Assembly: GCF_001949145.1 (NCBI RefSeq)
Contig: NW_019091355.1
Location: forward strand, 2,896,646 to 2,960,645
Source of the DNA: Acanthaster planci
Lineage: Eukaryota
Length of the DNA: 64,000 bases
Reading direction: 5' to 3'
The stretch's first letter is position 1, and the number at the start of each line of letters is the position of its first letter. The notes beneath the pieces are model-generated. The model ran no database searches, was not told the DNA's origin, and saw only the letters and a list, made by a program, of their open reading frames with translations. This document shows positions 24,697-37,000 of the stretch, one piece after another. A program made the position numbers and the translations under genes.

Positions 24697-26483
24697 ATGT
24701 GTAAATGTGCTTTGATACATGTACATGTATGTGGTTACCTACATATTTGTTGTCGTAGTAACTGCAAAGTGCAATCACAGTTGATCTGAAAACTATCTGA
24801 GGGGAGGAAATCCGGCTCTGGAAAAAGCTACAGGCTTTCAAGGATTATGAGTGTGCGTGTATCATGTGCAATGTAACAGTTTTGCAAAGATGTTCATTCA
24901 ATCGTTGTCATTTCATTGTCATGAACTCTTGATACAAAAAGATAATTCTTATCATTTGAGATTCTACATGTAAAGGCATTTAAATCCAAACTTTGAGAGA
25001 TCTAACTTTGAGAGGCCTATAAAAAAACACCTTTATAATGTCTAAGAAAACTACAATTTGGCCTTGTAACTAGTTTTCAAGAACCTTTAATCTGACTGTG
25101 TTTTTTTCTTGGAACATCTTGGATGTAACACAGCCCCCCCATTGTTTAAGCTGTCAACTTTTTTTGTGTAAAAGCATGCGCTACTTTATGCAGAACACAC
25201 TGTTAACTTGTACAGCTTAGGCCTTATCAAGTTCATGTGTACCAGTAGTACAGGTCCAACCCTTGATGGTTTCCAGAAGGTGAGATCCAGGGTTGTGTGA
25301 TTGATGATGATGTTCCAGTGAGCATGACTGTTCACCCAGTGGTGTGATTGTTGGCCACACTCACCCCTACTACTGTACATCTGGGACTGAATTTGGAATT
25401 GTGAAAAGGTGTGGGATTGAACTCATCAGATCACTTTGATACATGGACGGGAATAATGATTGTGCACACCTCGCACCTTTCACTTGGCCTGGTTGAACCC
25501 TAGTCACGGTTGTTTTTTTTGAGTTCGCACCATTTGCAGACCGTCACCAACCAGACTTGCAGCTGCTGCGTCACAGCATGTATTCTTGCAAATTCTGTTC
25601 CTTACTGTTTGTGTTGACATTTTTTTCCGAATTCATTTATTGGTGTTTCAGCCATTGAGGTAAATATTCTTTGCTGTCACATTAATGTATTTTTCTGTGT
25701 TAAAATGGAATATCAGTAAGACAGATATTCTTGAGGGGATTTTTCGTTTGGATGGACAGGAATGAGAGGGGATTCATGTAGGTTTGGGAGTACTACAATT
25801 GTTCTAACATTTTATGTGGTTAAAAAGAATGCAGTTTTATCCATCAAGGATTTTTAGAACTTAGTGCTTTAATAGTACTCAATGCACAACTTAATCTTTC
25901 ACTAACACCACCATGCTTCCTGTGCTAAATGTTCTTGGAGGTGGGTGTCCCTCATAACAGGAGATTGATCTTCCTTCATTGCGAAATGCTTGGTTTCGAT
26001 AAGAAGCAAAAGAAAATTGTGCAGATAGGCTTGGTTGCCCAGGCCCAGATCAAAGGAAGTTTTGGAAGGAAAATGGAAGAGGTCATACGTGGGCAAGTTA
26101 TCATTCTGTCTTTTGTAACAATAGGAGCATATATATTTTCGTTTGTTGCACAAGTAGTATTTGATTTCTATTGATGCAAGGCTGGGCGATGTTGGTCTTG
26201 TGTAAATACTTTACAACTAACTTTCATGAAGCTAATGAAACTATGTCAGTGTCACTGAATGTGGATCATCTTTAGAAAAAGCATGATTGATACCCTGGTG
26301 GCCACAGACAGAAATCTTTCTTCTTTTGGGGGCAAAGAAATTGTTATGCCTGGCAAATGGTGTTTAAAAGGCAAATTCTACAGCCTGAAATATATTTATG
26401 TGAGTGTTTGCTACATTTAGAGAAAATTGAAAAGTTTGATTTGAATGAGTATCCCTCAACCAGTAATTCAAATGAGAGAAAAT

Positions 26484-26737
26484 AGGGTCATTCTATCAAT
26501 ATGGGGTCCAAAAGTGTGATATACTTGTGTCCCTGTTACACGTGACCTGTGTAATTTCACACGGCAATATCTCTGAAATTGATTTCAATCTATTTCTGTT
26601 TGTTTGGTTGGTAATATGCATTAATTCATCGCTCTTGGAAATGACAGAATGTATTCTGAACTTACTAAATCATACATGTATGTCAAAGGTGACAGGGACA
26701 TAAAAAAATTGGACCCCCTAAGTTATAGAATGGCCCA
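26484..26737 (+). mobile_element. MITE family A, copy 3
   Basis: GGGTCATTCTAT...GGGGTCCAA / TTGGACCCC...ATAGAATGGCCCA termini, internal homology to the other copies, flanked by AT...AT. Carries a 6-bp insertion creating TACATGTA at 26673-26680. Confidence 0.87.
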
Positions 26738-29700
26738 ATGTCTAGTAATAGCTGAGACTCTCAAAGATATTTTCTCAGTTTAAAAATGAGTAAACATACC
26801 ACATAATGAAGGGTATGCCCTTGGGGACTGATGTTGCTTGGTGCTTTGTCATGGCTATTTAATTGCTCTGGGCTGTGAATTATTTGGAAGATTCATAAGA
26901 CAGCACACTTCTTGCTCTTCCGTGATTATCGTTACAGGGAATTGAATTTGAAAGTGGAGAGTACGGTCACAGAGTTATTTCTTCAAGGTTCTGTTGTTTC
27001 AATGAAGGGATGCACATGGTCAAATTTGCAAAATAATGGTTTAAAAATGACTCAACCTTTTCATAACATGACCTTACTTGCAGGCAGTTATTTTCTCAAT
27101 AAATCAAGCTCTGCTTTTGTGTATCACCTTAGCAGAGATGATTAAAAACAGTAGATTTCAAGAATATGTTTTATGAGAATACATGCTTTGTTTTTGTTTG
27201 TCCAGGGTTAACAACAGACGTGTGGCCTTGTCTAGCAAGCTGTAGGAGTAGGAAGTCTGTTAACTATCTACGAGGTTACTCATCTGTATATAAGGTGAGC
27301 AAACAGATAATTATAGACAGTAGGTACTAATCTCATGTATTACATGTACATGTATGTGTATTTAATCAATACTTACGGTTCGGGAGGTTTGAATGAATCT
27401 TCTCCTCTTTTTTCCTGAGAGTTTTTTAACCAGCTTGTACGGAATTCGCAATTTAGTTACTGGTGGCAGAATTGGGGGCCAGGGGCCGCTGATCCCCTCC
27501 TCCTCTTGTTCAACTGGGGGAATGCCTTCTCCCTACTCCTGGCAGGTCCTTTAATGGGGCGGGACTTATTGGATTGGTTTATAATGGCTGATGCCGATTC
27601 TCTCACAACTTCCCCCCACCCCCACTCTGAAAATTCTTCCTCCATCATTGACTTAGTTCTGAAGAAGATGCATCTGAACAGCTTCCCATCTATAGTTGAA
27701 GTGTAAATATGCACTGTCAACACTATTTATGGTGGATTTCCGGTTGAAACCCCCTTCCCAATCTGTCCCCCCTCCCACCAGTTTTACTTCTGTTAGCATG
27801 CATGTGTATGTTTATGCATTAGTTGCAGAGGTTTTTATTCGTAAATCATAGTTTTTACATGACATTCTTTTTAACCTTTACTGTATCCGTCCGCACATCA
27901 TGTGTTTGAAGTGACTGCTACTCTTTCCAGGAAAAGGACATCGGTGCATTGGTTTTATTTTATGTACAGGTACGTGTAGGCCTACAACAAAAACTAACTT
28001 TGTGTGACTACAGTAAGGAAATGTCAACGCTCTGTTGGCATTCCCTAATTTTCCATACATGTATCTATAAAAATTTGGGAGAAATGTGTTACACTCTTAT
28101 TTCAATTTCAATCAGAGTTGGCAGGTGCCAACTAGTGAAACATTTCAAGTGCTTTCTCCCATATCAAGTCAAACGTCATTTCTTTTCAAAGCCAAGTCTC
28201 ATCTCGAGTCAAAAACTAGTGTGGTTAACAGTCTAGGAAATGTTTAGAAGTTGATTTTACGGTATTTCTCAGGGACAGACTTTCACGCCTTCAGTAAGTA
28301 AGTACTTTTGGGTGCTGTTGCCAGTTCTCCTGGTGCAGGGTTCATATTTGAACGGAGACTTCAAATATGCCATACATGCCCATATACGCATGCAAGTACA
28401 TGTATGCTATGATAACCTGTTTGTAGTACAGTATCCTCTTTCGTTTTCGGATCTGGCATGTCTAGATTTTTGTCTTATCTCATACAGCATCAGATATGGG
28501 CTCATTTGGCCAACCTACATAAAACTTTTCTCAACCCAGAACTTGACCTGACGGTGTTGGCATTTTTTTCCACCTGCGGAATCCTTGGTTGGGTTCAGGG
28601 TGCATTTATTGTCAGCAGGTCACTGTCAGTCCCAGTATCAGTGTCATTATCCTTGAGGCAGTGCCACCAGGAAGGAAGGGCAGCCCTGTCCAGGGACATG
28701 TGGTTTTTACTCAGGATAGATCAACTTATTCACTGCTTGTACATAATATTTTAGCACGTATCATTGGTTTACCACTCAGTATTTTTTCGCAACAAACCAG
28801 ATGCATTATTATTCTCTGCCGCAAAAGTCAACATTTTAAAACAACAAGGAACCAAGGTTATTTCTCAAAACTATACTTAAGTGGGACACCATCAATGCTG
28901 GCTCCTGAGGGCCATTTGTATGAGATTTGTGTTACACTTGTGCGACAAGTGCTTTGGAGAAACAAAGAGCATGCATTTTTAAGACATCCCTGAATTTTTT
29001 TGTTGGAATGGTTTAAGACTAAAACAGCAACGTGTTTGTCTTTCACTTGCTGCATTGTTCACTGGCTGTTGTTTGATATTCGTATTTTGATCATGCAGAC
29101 AACTTGCACTTTGGTCCAGCCAATCTGATCATGAACACTTTCGGTGACTGGCATTGTGTTTGCTGGGTGTACCAAAACAGATCAAATTTGTCTGATTTTA
29201 GTCACTGATACCTCAATGGACAAGTCTGAAGGAAATGCTCAATGAGTTCACTTAGTCAGTCACTTTTGCAGGGAAAGTCCATCATCTAAAGGCAGAAACC
29301 ATGTATGTGAAATTATGAATGAATTTTGAATGAAAACAGTGTATTAACTTGTACTTGTATGTGTAGTCGTCTCTTAATAATCAAGGAGTTTTACCCATAA
29401 TGCAGTTGTTTTTTATCTAAGTGTAATTGTTATTGCCCTACATGTGTGTGCATAGGAGAAGGATGTTGAAGGTATTGAAGCTGTGTGGCAAACTTGTGTG
29501 GGTGATTTTGAAGGTTGTATTATGTCAAGGTCTTGGGACAAACCTTGTGTTGTTTATTCTCAGCCATGCGTAAATTTAGGCTCCATTCATACTGCTCCTG
29601 GAAGTCATTCACACTGCCTCAACATACTGATGGGAATTACCAGACAAGTTTGAAGGATTGAAGTAGTCACCCTGTCAGGGAATGCATGCAAGAAATAATG

Positions 29701-30655
29701 GAGGATTTTGGAGGACTGAGGTTGTGTCTAGATTTAACATGGATGGAGCTGGAGGATTTTGAAGCACTGAGGTTTCATCCAAGCAAAAATGTCAAGGGAG
29801 TTAGGCATTGGGCTAATGTTTAGTGTCATCCATATTTCAAATCAAAAGGTAAGTTAGTGCTCATTGCAAAACCACAGATGGTTAAACCGCAGGGTTCAAC
29901 TGGCACTGTCTTTTGAAAAGTGCAACAGTGTAATGTATACATGATTGATCAGATCAGATGAAAAGTGCAGATGTGATTTCGTTTCTCTATTGCAATATTG
30001 TGATAACACATTGGTACGGACTTGAGGTCAAGAAATATTTGCAATACTTCTGGTAGATTTGTTTTGCCAACTAAAGTAATGGAGAACAGACCCAAATGCT
30101 GGAAGTTGGAAGGACCTCATAAGCCTTTTCCCACTAGAATACTCATCTCCGGGATGAACTCGCGGACAGCGGAAGCACGCGGAGATTTTCCCATTATGCC
30201 GTAGCAAAAAAAGCATAGCACCTGCCAACAGAATGGACGTGACCGATGATACTTGTAAAACAATTCATTTATTTCTTCTCCATTTGTTCATGATAAGAAG
30301 ACGTAGCAGCAGAGACAATGAGAAGAGGCGAGTGATTCTTCTTAGTCAAAACTGTCAACAAACTGCCCCAATGTTGGTGAATTGAACCGTCAGCGGCAAC
30401 CTTTCCTAGCACTCTTGTTGGTGACCTTTGTGCTGTTGTTTGCCCCGGGGATGAAGTGGCCGCCTCCCCCACCCATTTCACACTCCCCTTCTCACCTCGG
30501 GGATAAAAACTTCAACCCTGGTCCTGAGCAGGGTTGAATGGGCCCTGGGGAAAGAGCATTGGGGGGGGGCTTTGGGGTGGGGTTGGGAATTTCAAATGGG
30601 AAACATGGCTTATTTTCACCCTGCTTCACCCTGGGGCCAACCCCCCCCCCCCCCC

Positions 30656-31095
30656 NNNNNNNNNNNNNNNNNNNNNNNNNNNNNNNNNNNNNNNNNNNNN
30701 NNNNNNNNNNNNNNNNNNNNNNNNNNNNNNNNNNNNNNNNNNNNNNNNNNNNNNNNNNNNNNNNNNNNNNNNNNNNNNNNNNNNNNNNNNNNNNNNNNNN
30801 NNNNNNNNNNNNNNNNNNNNNNNNNNNNNNNNNNNNNNNNNNNNNNNNNNNNNNNNNNNNNNNNNNNNNNNNNNNNNNNNNNNNNNNNNNNNNNNNNNNN
30901 NNNNNNNNNNNNNNNNNNNNNNNNNNNNNNNNNNNNNNNNNNNNNNNNNNNNNNNNNNNNNNNNNNNNNNNNNNNNNNNNNNNNNNNNNNNNNNNNNNNN
31001 NNNNNNNNNNNNNNNNNNNNNNNNNNNNNNNNNNNNNNNNNNNNNNNNNNNNNNNNNNNNNNNNNNNNNNNNNNNNNNNNNNNNNNNNNNNNNNN
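30656..31095. other. Assembly gap (N run) with low-quality duplicated flanks
   Basis: Run of N. 30579-30655 and 31096-31163 are noisy versions of the same sequence. Confidence 0.95.
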
Positions 31096-34000
31096 GGGGT
31101 TGGGAATTTTAAAAGGGGAAAACTGGCTTATTTTCCCCCCTTCCCCCTGGCCCCCCCCCCCCCGAGATTTAGTCTAGTGGGAAAAGGCCTTATATGTGGG
31201 TTGTATCCCTGGGCTTGGACGCCAGTGACCATTTTGCATCCATGGGGCTCTGGATGTCCAACTTCCAACTTTCCTAAATTGGAACAGGTGTAATTTTAGC
31301 GTGGTTTTCAAGTTTTTTTGTCTGTTGTGGGCTTGTATTGCTCTTCATCAATTTGGTTAGGTTGATAAAATGGTATTGATTCTCATTGTACTTTTTGTTA
31401 TTTTGGTTGAACCGTCTAGGCTCTATGTACTTAATTTTTCTTTTTCCTTCCTCCCCTTTTTCATTTCTTAAAATGCCATTGAAAATTAAAAGCAATATTC
31501 AGGATTAAAATCAGTTTTTTCTCTGACATTGGGAGGTTTATCAGACATTTTACTGGAACTGTTGCCTGCTAATGGAAGCTTATTGGAAGCGATATGCTGG
31601 TCTGTACATGTACTCTGTACTTGTTGTAAGCAGCTGTGAGCTTGAAATCTCATTCATACCTGACACCTGGATGGAAAATGCCAAAGCCTTAAATTCTGCA
31701 TCATGTGTGTACCAACATTTTTACTTCTGAAAGTAGTTTAGATTGACGTGTATTGTGTTTGCAATTTTAAACTTTTGAATACAGCGGATCATGTTCCTAG
31801 GGACTTTCTTCATGCTCAATTTAAAGGGCTTGCTAGCTTTCTCCTTTGCACGACAGGGATTACTGGCTTAAGTTACAGTAGTCGTTACTAATCAGAATCT
31901 GGAACTACATGTATGTGTGTCAATCAACAGGTGCCAAAAAACATCAGGAAGTGAAGTGTGTTACTTTATAGGATTTACTGTCAGATGGAAAAGACCCATA
32001 ATCTAATTTCCATTAAGATCACATCTTGGGCAGGTGTCTGGTTGGTGGGTGCAGTTAGAAGTAAAAAGGAAGAGGCCATATGCCTAGTCTTGTGGCGAAA
32101 CCATACCAAATGATACATTTTGTGCACGTATGTGAAAGTATAGATTTCTGGGGTGGGATACCTTCAGATTTTTTAGGATTTAAGTCTCTGCAACCTCAAA
32201 TATGTGAATTTTCATCGAGTTAATCTAGCTGCTTTCTTGTAGTTTGTCCATGGTACACCCAAAAAGTGCAAGATTCATTCAATCCTAGCTGCTTGTAAAT
32301 TTGTGAGGGAACACTCACCTTATAAGCTGTCAGTATTAAAACTGTTACAACTCCTCTGTTGTATGGTTCACAGATTTCTCTTTATTCCCCGTTTTACCTC
32401 TGGTAAATAAAGTGCATGTACGGTGTTGATGCGTATGTGGACCCCTATAACAATTAACATGTACAAGTTTCATGAACGTGGGGAGCCCACTTCCTAGTGT
32501 CCCATTCAGAGTTTTAGTGTACTCTAGGAAAAAGCAAAGACGTGTTTGTACAAAACTATAAAACCAAACAAACTTTAGCATGTAACCTCTGGCTTTTTGT
32601 TATTTGCAGTGAGAATATTTCGTCATGTGCCTTGCAGAAGGGCATAAGCGCTTAGGCCCTTTTGCCGGGAAGCATGATCACTGCAAAAAGAACTTTTCCC
32701 GGCAAAAGGACGAAAGTATGCAGCGATTTTATTTCAATGAAATATGAAGATTTCTTAACCTAACCCTAGATCTAGCTCTATGACCTAACAACCCGGCCAT
32801 TCACTGTACCACGCTAATTCCATAGCAGATACAAGTAATTTTGTCCATATCCTTAAGTCTTTGAGGCATCCTAATGACTGATTTTGCCATAACTGTGTTC
32901 TAGTCTGATCACTCAAATGTATTATTCCTCAGTTGCAACCTAAGTCTGACTCACCGAGTCACAAAAAATGTGATGGTAAAAGGATCAAGCCACGAGTGAC
33001 AAGTTGTGGTAAGCATGACCAAAACAACACAAGGATTGTGTGGACAAAAATTTTTCATCATGGCCATCCTCAGCTTACATGTAGGTGTCAAAGAGATATA
33101 GAAGAGCGTACTCCGTTGGACTGGGGGGTATTTCGGAATTGCAAAGCCACCTCAAACCTTTAAATTCCAAAGTCCGACTTGACCCTTGCAAAGATGTACT
33201 TAACCCGTATGAAAAAAATCACACAAGGGTGGCAGTCAGGCAGAAAAAGAAACCCGTTGTTTCAGAGAAAAGCCCTGATGAAGAAATGAAACCATCGAGT
33301 GTAACCTAGTAGTCCCTTGTGCTGACTCAGTGTCAGAAGGTCTTGGCAAGAACATTTATCCAGTGTGTCTAATTGGTAATTGGACCTTCTGCAGAACTGT
33401 AGAATTGTTTATGTTATTGAGGTGAAAGGTATTATTTATTTCAGATGTTTGGAAGGGCATAGTTTTCAGTTTGGTATTTATTTGAGATTTGTCCTAGGTA
33501 TGTGGTGGTCTTGTACATGTAAGAACACGATAATCACCCGAATAGAAAAAATTCTGTGATTTATACTCTGAAAGAGTAGATTTTGATAATAATGGAAACC
33601 ACATGTACTGATATACATGTAGTACATGCATGTGCATAGCTTCTTTATTCAAATGACTCTCTGTATATGTACACTGTTGACTTAATTTAAAATTTTGACC
33701 AATATACATGTGCCTTCAAAAACAGTATATTTCTGCAACAAAATCCCGTCGGAAGGGGGGCCATGTCATTGCAAGAAAATACCAGTGTGAAGTGGTTAAA
33801 TGCCACAAACAAATACCTGTCATTGCCTGTGTATTCACTAGATTCTGTGGCAATCCATCAACAGGCATGAAAACCTACAGACCTGTGCCTTTTTTGAAAA
33901 TGTTCTTGAGAATGCTTACAATAAGAGCTCATTACTTGCTAATAGATTTGTGTTTGCTCTATGTGGCGTTGTGCACGGTAAGCCTTCTCTAATCCCCCCA

Positions 34001-37000
34001 CTACCACCACCACCACTCCCCCAAAATTCTGAATGTAAGAAAGATGTGAACCCCATTTACACTGGAGAGTTCATGAAAAATTTGGGCCTCCCTCACTCAT
34101 GACAGCAAAGTTCTCACAACCAGGTGGATTTCAGTGTGATAAAAAGGGATGCACAAAAAAATCTCTTCCTTGAAGCAGGGATGAGATTTGCAGGCCATAA
34201 TCAACTCTGTCCTCATCCCTAATGTTGTAAGTGAGCATCTGAGGTCAGATCAAAACAATACACCATGAGTCATGCTTTATTTACCCCAGTCATTAGCAGA
34301 ATGACCCCCTTTGGGAACTTTTCAACAAGAACATCCTTCTTGCTCCCTAAATGGAGAGTCAGTAATGTGACAGCCAGACTTAATAATGGTGGGCAAACAG
34401 CTATAGGAGGTCCACATTTAGCCCCTCTGGGTCTGCACTGTATTGCACCCCAAATCAGGGATCATGTAGTAATTTCCTGCTGGCAGGGATCCCAGGTCTG
34501 GTCAGGTCTAATTTACAGCTTGAGGGGACAAGCTAATGGGACAGGTGGGGCTGCCCATAGCTGGTGAAGAGATATACATGTACCTGTCACATGTGAAGGG
34601 TGTGGTATGAAATGGCTGAAGTTTTTTTTTTTTTCAATTAAGAGGCTAATGATTAATCTTTTAAATAATAGTCTTGTTTGTAATGCCTGTTGGGGATGAG
34701 CTGAAGGTTTAAGATGCCATGCTACATTACCAATACCTACTGGATAGTTACTGAGCTTCTTGCTTATCTGTTACATGAGTAAGTAAAATCATTTATGTAT
34801 AATACTCATTCAAATTTAAGACAGGCATGGTAAATTGTATTGGTTAACATGAACTTGTTTTCACTTGTTAACAAACACTCATGGTTGCAAAAGAAAACTT
34901 CCTGATTGACATTTGTTTTAGAATGAATCCAGTGCCATATCTCACTTTAGTCATGGATGTGTCTTTCCTCCATGCTTTAGTTCAGGATGACGATCTTTTT
35001 AAGCTGTCCAGGTTTTGGACCAAAAGCTGTTGTGCAGTATATTTTACATGTAGAGCAAGCTACATGTGTACATGTATGTACATTTAGAGGCTTGTTAGAT
35101 GTCACATGTCTACACTTCGAGCCTGATCAAACTCAGTCTTGTGAGATGGAATTGGGAGGTGATGACAAATAGTCAGAAGGATATGAACTGTTGTGCAGCC
35201 TGTGCGGACTTTGTACATGGAAGGTCCCACTTGGTTTTTATAGTTTTTTTCATCATAAAGACCCCACACTCTCCTACTCCTTGGCATACTTCAGACAAAC
35301 TTCCAACAAGGAGTGGAGATTGACCATAGATTGATTGCACAACTTGTGCTGACAACTGCTGGACAGGTGTGAGTCCAGTGAGGTTCAGCCATGGTTCAGC
35401 CTCTGTGTCCTTTCTATGTGGTTCAACAGGACACTGTGGTCACTTCTTTGTTTTCCAAATCACCATGTTTACAAGATTGGAAATTGCTGATGAATGATTA
35501 AAATTTGTTGAGTGTGTCAAATGTTACTACATGTTTTCCCCAACACCTCCATGGAGGTCTGTCACTGTGTGATTAACCAGCACAAGGTCAGGCCTTGCCA
35601 TTTGGAATTTGCTCAGGCCAAGAATGAAAAGTGTCTGAGGGACATGTCCACATCAACGCTACAGAGTTGGACCAGGAGTTTCATGTCTGTCAAGTTGCTT
35701 ACACAGAGCATGGAGGACGAGCACAAAGGCCTTGTGTTGTAGGAAGCCACAGAGTGTGCAAATCCTGCATTCCATAGGTCATCATCATGTGCATGGACCT
35801 GGATACCAGTGGAGAATGAACATTGTTACTGCGTGCTGGATTTGGTTCTTTTTCCTTTTGTTGTTGAGTGTCCAAAACTGAAAAAGATTGAGAAGGGAAA
35901 GTCATTGTGGCTTTCATTTTCTTCTGGGCGTCGAGTAAACATTGACCCAACCTTGCCAATAGTGGCTTCATTTCATCAGACTTGGCTTATCTGATGGATT
36001 TGTTCATTAATTAACGGATATGTATCTGTACTCATGGTACTAATGAACTTGTACAATTGTTCATGTAAATGAATAGCAAAGATTTTAAGAAAATGTTAAG
36101 GTAAGTTGGATAATTTGTCACTGTGTATTCCATATGACCCATGTACATGTGCATGTTTTTCTTCTTTGCCCAAGCTTGCCAAGCTCGGTGCTCTTTACTG
36201 TGCAGTGCTGTACCTAGACAAAGTCTTGGCTTTGAAAGCTTACTGTTTGAACATATGTTAGAAGAAATGCTGCCACTCAATATAGCTTTGTGATGCAGTC
36301 ACAACAGTGTCAGCTATGACTTAACTCCCCAACCAGGACCTGAGTTTGCTCCACAGATCTCTTTCATCTATACTTGAAAAGCAGTTGGGAGGTCAGGAGG
36401 CAAACATTTGTCTGCTCCAGCTCGATACACTTAATATTGGTTACCACCAAATGGTCTGCATTTAGGGTTCAAATTGTCTTGGAGAGGCAACGGCATGCAT
36501 CCCACATGCACTTTTCGTAATGTGGGAATGTACGGAATACAGCTCCCCACAGGGGATCACGTAATTTTGCTTGCTTGTGACTTCATCTCATTTTTTTTCT
36601 CCTTACAATCTCCCATCATGTCTTCTTCAAACCACCCATCAGAATGCATACTTGGCATTCCGGTTATTTGCTGGCCTGGGTGTGATGGTCTTTACATGAA
36701 ATCATGATCTATTTTTCTTGAAGAATCACGTACATGTTCCTACCAGATGTGTCCTGTCAAATGAGATTTGTGTTATTGATTGTTCTATCTCTGTTCCTGC
36801 GCAACAGGATTAGTATATCATTTTTATATTACCCCCCATTCCTGTCTGCAAAAATTGGAAAGATGTAATCCAGTAGGTATCCTTGCAACTAATAAAATGT
36901 CTGAAATTTTTGATTCATTTGATGTTTCACATTTACTTGCAGAGGTTTTATGACAAAGTCTATCGGGGAGGAGGTTAAAATGCAGATCTTCAGTGGTCTT

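Noticed and set aside
30534..31293. ORFs across the third gap, and the apparent direct repeat flanking it (30579-30655 vs 31096-31163)
   Set aside because: Mostly X. The flanks are homopolymer-inflated versions of the same sequence, typical of low-quality contig ends, not a real LTR or duplication.
35640..35780. Frame reading ELDQEFHVCQVAY...RPCVVGSHRVCKSCIP, superficially RING-finger-like
   Set aside because: The second and third zinc-ligand cysteines are missing, a stop follows immediately, and there is no splice support.
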